A DNA stretch of 64,000 nucleotides from Octopus vulgaris (Eukaryota): the NCBI GenBank assembly GCA_951406725.2, contig OX597827.1, positions 45,012,001-45,076,000 on the forward strand, in the 5' to 3' direction. The stretch's first letter is position 1, and every line of letters starts with the position of its first letter. Below are positions 1 through 12,731 of this stretch, piece by piece. A model generated the notes under the pieces. That model was given only the letters and a program-made list of their open reading frames with translations, made no database searches and was not told the origin of the DNA. Position numbers and translations under genes: made by a program.

Positions 1-163
1 TATTTGTTCCACGTCCTCGCGTTGTGTTTTTTTGTGCTTTCATGTTTGGATACGGGATACGAGTAAACATCCTTGTTTAAGACTGATATTAATGTTGAAG
101 AAGATAGTTTATTTTAGTATAATACACGACTTTTTATATTACTATGAAGTAGGTGATTGAACC

Positions 164-793
164 GGGTCTTTTCTGTTTGCTGCACTTTTTAAAATTTTTA
201 AATTAAATGAAAAATGTTCAAATTTGGTGTATTGATGTAAATTTTCACGCTGAATCTCAGGACCTAATTTCACTTGTTTCAGAAAAAGTTACAGAGGTTT
301 AAAATTCGATCATTTTTATTCAGTCAAAGAAACAGGATTTGGAAGCTGTCATTTTGTACGTAGCTGTAATCATAAGACGAGAAAACAATACCGTCAACAT
401 TGCGACAATAGCACGTGTTTTAATTGTTTAATAAGAAAAAAATTATCAAAAACGTGTAAATAACACATATTTTGTAATTTTAAGCATCCAAGAAGTGGGT
501 ATTGAAACGTAAAATATATATAAAAAAACACAGCAATAGATGGGTACAAGCAGGAAAACAGCATAAACTAGCAGTTTTGTAAACAAGATTTCCAACGCTT
601 GGCTTGTGACTATGGAAACAGGCACCTGTGTGTCTATGGCTTTCGATTGACTAAAATTACCCAAAGTTTGCAAACTTTAAAGGCTATTAACTGTTTATTT
701 ATCGATTAATGGCGAAAATGAATTTTCATGTCAATAATTATCATACAAAACTACATCAATACACCAAATTTGGCAGTCAGACAGAAAAGATCC
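164..793. mobile_element. Non-autonomous DNA transposon (MITE) with imperfect TIRs
   Basis: Left end GGGTCTTTTCTGTTTGCTGC matches the reverse complement of the right end, GGATCTTTTCTGTCTGACTGC. Subterminal inverted pair AAATTTGGTGTATTGATGTA / TACATCAATACACCAAATTT. Flanks ATTGAACC / ATTGAGCT resemble an 8-bp TSD (6/8). Confidence 0.7.
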
Positions 794-2199
794 ATTGAGC
801 TATTTAGTTGAAACAGTTTCAGAATCTAAATATTCTGGGAACTTTCTGTAAGACGGGGTATAATACAATGTCAAAGGCTTCGATAGCAACAAGATGTGGA
901 ATAGGTGACAGAAATTTCTTCGTCGTGTCATGGAAGTGGGGAGATGTCAAAATTATGTCAAAACATGTTCGAAGCTGTTTCCCATCTTGTTCGAGATTGA
1001 ATGAGGTGGGGGTTGGTGAAAATGATATATCTAATATAAGCACAAGTCCTCAAATATAGCGGGCGGAGGCAATAGGCTATTGAACTGACATCAAAATTTG
1101 GCTGCTTACCTTAGTTTATTAAACCCACCAGAGTTAACACCAACATTCCCATGTACAGTAGAGATGCCCCCACCCCTATATCTCATACCACAATGTGGTG
1201 ACACGACATTTGTTAAGAGAAATATCTTGTGCTTTAAAGAACAACACAGCATGGAATATAAACCCTAACAAACATCCACTCCACTTCCCACACCTCTATA
1301 AATTAGACCAATTTTTCTTCAATACTTCTAACATTTATTCTATTTAATATTCTCATTAAATAATTTCACCTGTTCAAGGAAATTTCAAAAACTTTTAATC
1401 AAAAACAGGTAATCTAAGAAAGCATAGTTGAAGAAAAACGTCGAAAAATAAAACGAAATACTATTCTAGTTGTTAAGGTAAAGGGCACAGAAAAAAAAAT
1501 CCAAGACCGTTGTTTAACTCCAGGTCAATCTTGGTCGAGCAGATCAATGGCCAAAGAACATACCGCTTTTGAATTTTCATCTATCTAGGATACATTATAC
1601 GTATCTATCTATCTATCTATATTACTACTGCCTAACAATTCTTTCCCTCTTCTCACCATGGTGTGCCACTTAACCATTCTTTCTGATAATGGATTTACCT
1701 AAAAAAAGACCCGATCTATTTGGATTTAATTGGACTCTCCCATTCTCTTGGACATAATGAACCACAACAAATATTGATGAGGAACATTCTTCCACTGTCT
1801 AACCTATATTTCTCCAATGACGGGATACCAAACTTACTGAATCTTCGCTCGATACGACGCTCCAATAGCTTCTTTTCACATAGCCACGCACTATCTTTAC
1901 CATTTGTAATGTAGCAAAATTTTAAAAATTCAATCAAATGAAATTATATCTCCTTGTCCTGTGTTGCCTAATTGTTTGCCTTTCCTCAGTACTTTAACTT
2001 ATCCCTACTGACTCAACATAATCACTCAACCACAAGTTCTATTGTTGTTCTAACTGGAATTTTGGTGGCACATCTGTTTGCGCATTCAGAACAGCATATC
2101 TATTAGTTTGAGTCATCCTGACGAAAACTTTTCATGTCCTCTTTATACATTACTACAAAATCCAATGTGTCTTTTTTTTTTTTGTTGAAGTCAATGGCA

Positions 2200-2411
2200 T
2201 TTATTTAGTTGGAGATTTCGTTGCTGTTCCCCTTGTGAAAAACGAGTATGTGCGAAGTCCTAAATAGAGAAAACGGTGGTAGTGATGGCGGAAGTCCTAA
2301 ATAGAGAAAACGGTGGTAGTGATGGCGGTAACACATAATCGGATTATTTATAGACGGGTTACATCACTAACAATTACACCGCCAGGACGCGTCTTTACAA
2401 AGTCATAACTG
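2200..2411 (+). promoter_or_regulatory. Putative promoter and first non-coding exon of the PUS1 locus
   Basis: Locally CpG-rich and free of interspersed repeats. Contains GATGGCGG (YY1-like) and GCGGAAGT (ETS-like) motifs. Strong donor CTG|GTGAGT at 2411/2412. The TSS cannot be determined from sequence. Confidence 0.5.
2254..2327 (+). repeat. Perfect 37-bp tandem duplication in the promoter region
   Basis: GAAGTCCTAAATAGAGAAAACGGTGGTAGTGATGGCG at 2254-2290 and again at 2291-2327. Confidence 0.95.
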
Positions 2412-3141
2412 GTGAGTTATCTCGAAAGTATTTCATTGGAAAAAAGTAATTAATTTACATCCGTTTGTTGAATTTGTCAGCATTTTATTTCGTCGTAATC
2501 AAAACTACAGAGAACTTTTGGTCCTATACTTCACGTTAACTCCAATTCGTGCTGCTCCAAAGAAAATTCTCATTTACCACGTGTTTAGGTACCTTCACGC
2601 TGTACAAACTTAAAAATTGAATACTTCACCTTCAAAATTATTTTATCTTGTATATTCCTTGTTTTTTTTTTGTTGAATTGGTACTAAACGACATTGTCTA
2701 TGTTTTGTTAGTTCAAGCATTCATGTAGTTTTAAGTTTGGGTAATTTAAAAATATATTTTGGTCATTAATTTACAGGTTTTTTTTTTTTTTTGTAAGAAA
2801 GAAAAAAAAGAAAAGAAAATGAAATTTCATTTTCAAAATTAGTTTTTTTTTTTGCTAATTTGATTAAGAAAACGTCTCCTAACGTTAAGTACGTGTACTT
2901 AATTCTCTGCGTTTATTCACGAAAAGCGTTTAAACTGCCGACATTTACCGATATTTGGCTGTGCTAAGTTCTCGGGGGGGAAAAACTAACATATACCAAA
3001 GGAAACAATTTATTCTACAACTTCAGTGTCAGTTTTGTTTTTATTATACTGTTCAACTTATGGAATTGTTTTCAATATCTGCTTATCCGTATGTTTCATT
3101 ATACGACTTGCATTAGACATGGAAAAACCGGTTATTAAAAC

Positions 3142-3191
<50 letters not shown>

Positions 3192-3283
3192 AATAAAAGG
3201 ATGGCAGTGTTCTTAAGTCTTATATATATATATATATATATATGTATTATTCAAATGATAAACTTTATTCGATTTATTTTCAG

Positions 3284-3324
3284 GTGTTTAAAATTCAGAA
3301 GAATATTGAAGTTACCTCCTACAG
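3284..3324 (+). other. Putative 41-nt 5' UTR exon
   Basis: Acceptor tttattttcAG|, donor CAG|GTACTG. Contains no ATG. Confidence 0.45.
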
Positions 3325-3705
3325 GTACTGTAAAAATACATCTATCATTTCCCCCACCTTCTAACTTTTAACGCTTGTGTGTGAATGCATTTCATAATTC
3401 CATAATTTAGGTAGAATATGTTGATAGTAAAATAGTAACAGACCAAATTGCTACACACTGCTTCGTTTTGTTTTTCATAAGTTGCCGAAACATTACTGGA
3501 TGGGTGCGTGGGTAAATTGTTTTTCTTCTCATTGTTCCTTAAATTGTGTAAAGAAAAACAAACAAAAAGTAAGGACTATGAAGCATGAATGTGGGTAATC
3601 TTCATAGTGATGCTACTCATGGTAGGGAGACCCATGGAGGCTGGAGTGAATTGCACGAAAATGAGAAAATATTGCATTAGAAGCAGAAGCTGATATATCC
3701 TGAAA

Positions 3706-4032
3706 GGCGCAGGAGTGGCTATGTGGTAAGTAGCTTCTTTACCAACCACATGGTTCTGGGTTCAGTCCCACTGCGTGGCACCTTGGGCAGGTGTCTTCTA
3801 CTGTAGCCTCAGGCCAACCAAAGCCTTGTGAGTGGATTTGGTAGATGGAAACTGAAAGAAGCCCGTCGTGTATATATATATATATATGTATGTTTGGTGT
3901 GTTTACGTCCCCGTAACTTAGCAGTTCGGCAAAAGATACTGATAGAATAAATACTAGGCTTACAAAGAATAAGTCCTGGGGTCGATTTTCTCGACTAAAG
4001 GTGGTGTTCCAGCATGACTGAAACAAGTAAAA
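3706..4032 (+). mobile_element. tRNA-derived SINE, family A (GGCGCAGGAGTGGCTGTGTGGTAAG head)
   Basis: A/B-box-like head (TGGCTATGTGG; GGTTCAGTCCC), internal (TA)n, tail ATGACTGAAACAAGTAAAA. Many further copies, for example ~7203-7500(+), 13122-13509(-), 13565-13912(-), 14195-14515(-), 30732-31132(-), 44813-45592(+), 51580-51850(+), 53088-53448(-), 56815-57225(-). Confidence 0.85.
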
Positions 4033-5695
4033 TAACTGTGTACTGGAGAGATAGGTAGTGATCCTTTGTGAAAGTCTGGCATCTATTATGCTGGTTGTAA
4101 AATACAATTTAGATAATGTTATGGGACCAGATATAAATCTTCTGTTGAATAGGTTTGTCACATCTAGCATTTTCTTTGGGTATATTTGAATCCTGCAACT
4201 ACAAGTTTAATGAATTTCTCTCAAATGAGACATTGCATTAATTATTACTGCCATTGCTTCAGTAACTAACCACACTATTAGCTATTTCCAACTAGGTGGA
4301 CCCTCTTATTACAATTGAGAGATCAACGTATTGGTTGAACTGGTGGTGTGATGCTGTCTCTTAATTTCTTGGTTGGATATGTAGTACCTCATTGATGTAC
4401 CTAGACTGAGCAATGAGTCTGAGTCCTTGCCATTAGGTTCTGTCATCCATTTACTTCACTAGGTATTGCTATTGTATCTAAATGCAGATTTCATGTGATG
4501 GCACCCCGAAATATATAAAGGGTTTTCAACTTCCATCTCTGCCTTGTTAGAAGCTTTCTTCATTTGAGTAATTTTTAAAATTTTGTACTATGATGCTTCA
4601 AGCGAACTACAATGCTCAACAATTTAAAAGTTGTTCTAAGCTAATGACTGTAACACCTGTGGTTCCATAAGCTGAGATACACCATATCTAAATTCAATAC
4701 CTATAATGTTTTTGCATCACCATCCTACTTCAGCCTATTAAATTAAGGTACTGTTAAGTGTGTATGTAAGATACAGTCAGGTGTGTACCCCTTCTTTCTT
4801 ATAGCTTTTAGTTATATGCTGTTCTTTTTACTGTCAATGTAATCCTTTTGTGACCTATACTAATGAGGCTGGTCACTTGAAATGCTACAAATAGTAGCTA
4901 AATGTCCCTTCCATCTTAAAGAAATATCTTTTAACCAGTGTAGTCTTCGATATACAGGAGAGGAGTTTCGTTACCATTGGAGTTTGTCATCAGAGTAGCT
5001 GTTCTGGAGTTAAACAGTAGTGGTAACTCATTTGTGACTATATTTCTATGAAGTTGAAAGAAATGTCTTAGTATTCGAGCAAGGATTTTAGAAGAGTTTA
5101 GTAATTTCATACATTGGTATGTATTGTGTTGGGGTTTACTAACCCAAAATGCATGCTGTTGTATATGTTATGAGATTTTGATCAATGTTTGATTTGAATA
5201 TAAATGCTGTATCCCTGATAGGTATGTATTGAAAAAGTTAAACTAATGAAATACATCCTTTTTATATAAAACAGCAACATATTCCACAGTGTTTCAGTGC
5301 GTATTAACCACCATCTCATAATTGCTTAGTTTCTTCCTTTTGCTTCTCCCTCTTAATGAAATAATGACCTCTCAGCTAGCTAATTGCATCATGCCTCCCA
5401 TCTGGCTTGCTTGTCTCTCCTCCTCCCATTATCTTTATTGTGCTTTGCATCCTAAGCGCTGTACCTAAACATTTCTTCCATTCAGTCCTTCTTAACCAAG
5501 AAATGGAATGTTCTGGAGTTTTGTTTCTGTCTCAAGGTGACATCAACCTATATGACTCCAAGATGAAAAATAAAGGCATTAATTTAGTTCTGAGAGGGAA
5601 CCTACTTATGTAATGAGTGAGCATTGCTTCTCTACTTATCTCTAACATACAACTACATCACACACACAAAACTCCAACAACAACAAACCTTAGAA

Positions 5696-6055
5696 CTGTG
5701 GTTCTTAACCATTTTTTTGCCTATGAACCCTTTTGATTCTGTTTTACCTTATTGGACTCCCATAGCCATTTGAAGTTTTAAAAAGATCCCGTTATATTTT
5801 TATAATGAAATGGTATTAGGAATTATATAGAAAAAATTTTTTAAATACTTTTTGTATTGTAAAAACATAACCAATTTGTGGAGATTCATTGGACACCATT
5901 TTTGCTGAGTGAGAGTCAAAGTTGGTTTCCAAGTCTAATGTTGAATATGGGGTGGTTGGTTTTGTGTTATTATTTATGGCTTAGTATGGAAATATTTTGT
6001 TCGTAAATAGATTTTAACAACAAACTCTCACATGGACCCCAGTTGTGAACCACTG
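5696..6055. mobile_element. hAT-like MITE (CAGTGGTTC-type TIR)
   Basis: CTGTGGTTCTTAACC ... GTTGTGAACCACTG. Same terminal type as the elements at 23114 and 24125. Confidence 0.6.
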
Positions 6056-8043
6056 CCCCAGGTTACATGTAATACACTGGGAGAGCTTGTGATTCAAAAT
6101 ATCTTAATTTGAGCACATTATTTTGTTTGTAAACTACAATATGCATGCCTTGTACCTGGGTATATATTGTGTGTTTTATGTACTTTAGGCCCAATTGTCC
6201 TGTTACTTCAGTTGGTGTTGTATCTGAATACACTTTCTGTTTACAGACTGTGTGATGGTAATCAACAGCACATCCTCTTTACAAATGCATCTCACCATCA
6301 CTGAGTTGAAATTTTATAGCCCATAAATTATGGATTTTCATATGAAATCCCTTCCATGTTTACTTTACTAATTGGTTATATTTTCACAGCCTGAGCATTA
6401 TTGAAAATATTAAAGATTTTTATTGTTATTTACAGTTTCACTCATTACTTGAGGTAATACTGAATGCATTTTGGTTGTTTCCCATTAACATCTAAAGCGC
6501 TCTGTTATAAGATATTGGCAGGTAACTGATAGGATCTTTGATTATGCATACATAACAACAGGTAACCTCATTACTGCTGGAGTGTTCAGATTGTTAAAAT
6601 GTATTGGATTATTGATCACACAGTTAAGCATTCAAACTTTTAATATTGTAGCCATTTTACTGCATCCTTGATAAACTCATCCAGTAGAAAATTTAGCTAT
6701 AAAACTGATTATTTTTCTGACAAAATATCTTTCAGCCATTCTAGCATGTGAGATTGGTTGTAAAATAGTGCTGAATAATTTAAAATATCTGGGGTTTTCC
6801 TTAACCCTTTAGCATTCAGATTTCTTTGTCAAATGTAATGTTTATTTATTCACATTGTTTTAAATTGACCATGCATTGTCTTGTAGCTTCAAGATTTTGA
6901 TGATTCGATAGTTTATTTTTAGAATGACATTGTAGGGTAGGTGTGAGAGGCTGGACTTGGCCAGTTTGAACATAAATCAATATTAGATGCGAAAGGGTTA
7001 TAAAAAAAAATGACAAATAGTCTTTATATATGGGTGAATGAGTTGTAAAGTGATGAGGATTCACTTGTTTGATCAACTTAATTACCTGCTCATTTAAATT
7101 AATGCGTAGTGAGTGAGTATTTCTGAGACAAGTGTATTCATAAAGATGTAATTCTTAGTCAAAATGAATATGGCACTTTGTAACATATATACATATATCT
7201 CGAGGTGCAGGCATGGCTGTGTGGTAAGAAGCTTGCTTCCTAACGACATGGTTCCGGGTTCAGTCCCACTGTGTGGTACCTTGGGCAAGTGTCTTCTACC
7301 ATAGCCTCAGGCTGACCAAAGCCTTGTGAGTGGGTTTGGTTGACGGAAACTGAAAAAAGCCCATTGTGTGTGTCTGTCTCCCCCACCATCGCTTGAGAAC
7401 TGATGGTGTGTTTACGTGCCTGAAACTTAGTGGTTCAGCGAAAGAGAACGATAGAATAAGTACTAGGCTTACAAAGAATAAATTCTGGGGTCTTCGCTAA
7501 AAGTATAAAAGAATCTGTATAGGTTTGAATTACAAGTTCTGTCTCATCAGATGGCGCTCTATAGTTTTAATCTACTCAGTTTCTCTCACAATGTATGGGT
7601 TGATCCAGAGCTAATCAAATGATGCTTATGATGCTGGCACTTTGTAAAAAAAAAAAAAAAAAAGACACAATACACACTGTAAAGTGGTTGGTGTCAGGAA
7701 GGACATCCAGCTATAGAAATCATGTCAAAATAGAGCTTGGTGCAATCCTCTGGTTTGCCAGCTCCTCTCAAACTATCCAACCTATACCAGAATGGAAAAT
7801 GGATGTTAAATGATGATTTCCTGCACTGGGATTGAACCTAGGCCCTCATGGTTGTGAAGTGAACTTAACCAATCTGCCGTATTGTACTTACATTTGGACA
7901 TATATCTTTATATAAGCATGTTATTTATATATTCTAGAAGAACTTTAGGTCCTTCTTCAAAACCGTTTGTTTTTTCTCTCTTCCTTTTCATTGGATTCAT
8001 GGAATAACTGGCTGTCTTGTTTCTTAGCAGAACATAGCAGCAA

Positions 8044-8256
8044 ATGGACACGCCTGACTTTGAGAATTTGTCCGAAGATGAAATCAGGGCTCTGGTCCTG
8101 AAAGCAACACAGTCAGTTGAGAAATGTCCCAGTGTTAAACGGAAGCGTGCAACTAGGAAATGTAAAATTAATTTTGTCGAAGTAATCACTGAAATATCTC
8201 GAAGAGTAGATGGAATTTGCCAGAAAGATATTCTTGTTGCTCCGAAAGCCTGTTAA
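8044..8256 (+). CDS. Candidate 70-aa uncharacterised microprotein (acidic N-terminal helix, basic KRKRATRK segment)
   Basis: Non-repetitive ORF with protein-like composition. Preceded by a pyrimidine tract and tandem acceptors (ttctTAG/CAG at 8025-8030). In-frame TAG at 8035 fixes the ATG start. Followed by about 4.5 kb of U-rich, repeat-poor sequence. No homolog recognised. Confidence 0.45.
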   Translation: MDTPDFENLSEDEIRALVLKATQSVEKCPSVKRKRATRKCKINFVEVITEISRRVDGICQKDILVAPKAC

Positions 8257-11200
8257 TATTTTATTTATTAATTTTTTTTTTTTTTTTACAATTTCTATTT
8301 TTCATTTCTTTTCGTTTCTGTGTTAATTACTGGTTGGCACACTGGCAGAACCGGTAGAGCAACAGGTTAAATGCCTGGCTGTATTTATTTAAATACATTC
8401 TTTTATGTTTGAGTTTTAATGCTGTTGAGGTTGACTTTGCCTTTCAGTCTTTCACCAGTTGATAAAATAAGTACCAGTCATGTACTGGAGACATGTATTG
8501 ATTATCACCAGCCTAAGTTACTGATGCTTTTTCGTTATTATTTAAAATGTTCTCAATACTGTTCTTGATTTTATGTAATATATAAATATAAACATTTGAG
8601 AGGAATTAACCAAAACTGGTTGAAAAAAATTCCTGGATTGAAATTTCTAAATTTCTGAGATTATTTATTGCTGTAAATAAGATTATTTTTTAAAATTAAT
8701 TAACCACCTCTTTAAAGTGTATATATTTTTTTGTATGTTTTTAAGAAAAAAATTTTCATGTTTAGCAATATTTAATTTATTTAAAACAAAACATTTCTTT
8801 TAATTTAAACACAAGATAAAAGCAAACTAGCATGGTTGGGATTGTTAGAATCCCAACTCATTTGTTGTGTTCTTCATATCTGCTGTTGGCATTTGGTAGA
8901 ACATCTAATTAATTCTATGTTGCCTTAGTTCAGCTACTTGTGATGGTATGGTGGTGGGAGATAGATACCAGATTTTTTTTTTTCTCTGGGAGTGTTTATC
9001 TGTGATAAATTTGTGACATGTCTACAAAGAGATATGTTCAGCCACCATTTGTTTGTTTTTTTTTTTTTAAACTTTTATATGTTATGATGATGCTTTCTTG
9101 TAAGGACAAAGAAAGTCCTACACACAAATGAAAGTGACTTTTACTGTGATTTGGCTGCAAGGTTTTCCTAGCAAAAGTATTGCCACTAAAAGCCAGCTAT
9201 AGGTACACTAGCTTTATTATGCTCATATTTAGTCAGCTTGAATGCCTCAGGGATCAGGGCTACAATTAGTTTAATGGAGTTTTGTAGCTTAATTTTATTC
9301 CAATGAGCCCTTCTTGATGTGGGAGTGAGGGACATATTCACGTTTGCGCTTCTCTAGGTTGCATGGCTCATTCGCAGTTATCTCCCTTCTTCACCAAACT
9401 CAAATATACTTCCGTAGAAACTACCCAGTTATGACGTGTTATCACAAAATAAACTTTTTATCGCCCATCCTTATTAAGCCTTACACGTTTGCTTGTTTTT
9501 GTTTTTCTCCTTACCTTTTCCTAATTTTTTCTGTCTCTACGTGTTTCTTTTATTTTTAAACTTCTTCAGCCTTGCTATAAACAGCTTTAAGTAGATATTT
9601 TAAAAATGATTTGAGGGTAAGATAAATTTAACAAATAGATTAATCTTAATATTCTTATTCACTTATAAATACAACTCTCGTCAGGTTTCTTGCTTTAGGA
9701 AAATTGGAATTTTGATCCAAAGTTTTTTTTACAGCTTTTCCTGCTTGGTTTATTATATCAAAGTTCTTAAATATGGAACTAACAGTGGAAGAAAAGTAAA
9801 ACTGAAACTCATTAAAAAGAATTATTTTTGTTCTTTTGTTGGCAAAAGATTTACTTTAAGGCTTTGATATGTTAAAATACAGAATTAAAGAATTAATGGT
9901 AATTTTGAACAAGTAAAACACACACACATACATACTGTACTTTAAGTCCTTTGTAGTATTGTATATTATGTTTTTGTTCATTTACAATGTAGTCCTGGAC
10001 ATACCATTCTAGTATGGAGTGCCAACGACCAGCTCCATAGGTTTATAACAAACAATTTTGGTACATAACTCTAAGCAGTTTTAATTTATATATTTAAATT
10101 TTAGCTGAAGATAGTTTTTATTTCAATTTTACAAACCTTTGTTGGTTTACAAAAATGTTTTCGTATTTTTAGTTGGAAATTTTGCACCATACCAAAATTA
10201 GTAGGAAAACATCAAAGTGAATCAGAATTCTGGTTTTTTGTCAAATAGTGATTCATTTTGTTCTTAAAGTTGGATTCAGGAGATGTGTTGGTTATGTATT
10301 ATAACTACCTTAAGAAAGGACCTAATTTACTCTTCTGATACTCCCTTCTGTCCTGATATGAGTTACTTTGAACCACTGAACTTTCTGTTTACTTCTGGGA
10401 GCCAGACTCTCTTAGTTGTCATAGTCCCTCCATTTGTAAAGACAAAGATCTAATTTGTTCTTTGTCAGCAGGAGTCAGGTAAATGGCATTGATGACAGAT
10501 GTTTTTGTTAGCTTGTAGTGCTGAGTTCAAATCCTCTCATTGGTTCTGGAGGAAAGCAACAAAGTGGAAGCTTGGGGGTCTCCAAACTTGGAATCCTACA
10601 TTCCTCTTTGAGGCCAGGCATTTAAAAGGACCAAAAAGAAACCTGATAATTCTGAGAAAATATTTGACTAATACGAGTAATATAAGATCTTTTGAAATAA
10701 ATATCTTTATATTGAATTAGTTAATACTAGTCAAGGAAGGAATGTGTTTGATGTGCTTTGATATTTGGTTAGAGAATAGTGAGTTTTATTTGTTAGTCAC
10801 CTAGCTCCTCTTCTTGAAATGTCTTGCATTTCTCTGCTTTGTGTGGCTAAAACCAGCTTCAATTTTGTACAAACTATGGAATGGAAGTAAAAACGGCTCA
10901 ACTGCTGCTGATGTAAACTTGTGCTTTTTGATAGCATTTTCTTTAAATTTCTTTAAAATGTTTCAGCTTCAAAGCTGTGGTGATGCTGGGACATGTTTAC
11001 ATTTATTCTAAAGCAGTGTCTTAGCAGCCTCGTTAGAGTGTTGGACAAAATACCATACTGTAATTTTTCCAGCTCTTTACATTCCCATTTCAAATCTCAC
11101 CAAAGTCATCTTTGCTTTTTGTCTCCTTGGGTTTTTTTTAACAAAATAAAGTACCATTTGAGAACAGGATTGGTGGTATTGACTAATCTCTTTCCCCACC

Positions 11201-12700
11201 AAAATTGTTGTCCTTGTGCCTAAATCAGAGACAGTTATTTTGTTTCTGCAGGCTTTGTTTTCTAATCAAATGGTAACAATCCTATTAAGGACATCCAGTT
11301 TTTCTCTAGATCCCCAGAACACATTTTAAAAGTCTTTCTTCAACTTTTCAGGGTATTGTAAATACATTTCCATGTCACAATGTTTTTAGCTTCTTCCAAT
11401 TACCTTAAGTTTGAAAAATATTTCATTCCTGTGCTAACCCTTTAGTATTCATATCATTCTGTCAAATGTGGTGCTTATTTATTTACTCTTGTAGCTTTGA
11501 AGGTTTTGGAAGGACATAGTAGGGTAGGTGAGAGAGGCTGGATCTGGCTAGTTTGAACATGGAACAATATTTGGGCTGGATATAGTCAGTTAGACTATTA
11601 AAGGGTCAAATAAGCTGATTTTGACTTGATCCTCTTTTAGGCTGACTCTGGTTTCAATTTCTGTAACACTTTGCAGATGCTTTTGTATTTCATTAAATTT
11701 TGAAAATAGACCTGCCTCTTGCATTGTTTCAATTGTTCACACAGCGATGCTTACATCAGCAACATACTTCACACTCAATTATAGAAGTCAACTAGTTTTT
11801 ACAGGTGGCATCCTTGACAACCACTTTATATCCATGTGCTGGAGTAACTGGTTAAGTTTTATAATTTTGTTTACATTAGTCTTGAATGTAGACGTGTTTT
11901 AATTTAGTGATTTATCAGATATTTTAAATGCCTCCTGCAATTCACCACTGAATTCTTTGGTACCAAAGAACAGTATACACATTGAAATCCTTTTTCTTGA
12001 GTATGGTGGTAAATCCCTAGTTATGTCCAGCCATTGTGGCTGTCCCATTATTAACCACTGCTCTAATATTCCTGACAGAATAATCCTTGACTTATTTTTC
12101 ATAACACATCAACTTTGAGCTATTAGGTAAGCAGATAATCACCATTAATATACTTTAGGCTTGGTCTATCACACTTCCCAGAAGCTGTAAGACTATTTAA
12201 ATTCCAAAAGTTGGATTCATTGAGTTGACTGCTTTGTCAGCTTTCAGTTACAAAATTTCAGTTGAGCTCTAGGAATTTGTTTTAAACCCCTTTGGGGGCC
12301 TTGGTGGACATAATCATCCCAGTTTTGATGAGTTGTCTGTGGTGCTACAATGAATCTGTGGCAGGAGTTATGGATCACATCTCTTGCTGTTACTCGTATT
12401 TTTTAATGTTAAGGAAAAAGATCTTTTTTTTTTTTTTTAAGGTAAGCATTTACTTCCAGGATTGGATGTAAAACAGACCCCTTTATCTAAACTGTTCAAA
12501 TTAAACTCTTTTTTTTAATAAAGACAGATTGCTTCTTGACATTTTTTTTTAAAACAAAGTTTAGTTAAACAGTTCAACTAAATAATTTTATAAATAAAAT
12601 CCAGCACTGTCATCTCATGAAGTATATTTTGTGATAAAACAAGAACAAGCAAAAAGATATTTTTATTTATGCATGATATATAACTATTTGGGTGGCAGAC

Positions 12701-12731
<31 letters not shown>

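Noticed and set aside
808-1940. Short ORFs at 819-1043(-) and 1716-1937(-)
   Set aside because: They show only faint LINE-like words (EAFDIV..PVL; ERRFSK..SLE..RL). Probably very old retroelement debris, too weak to annotate as genes.
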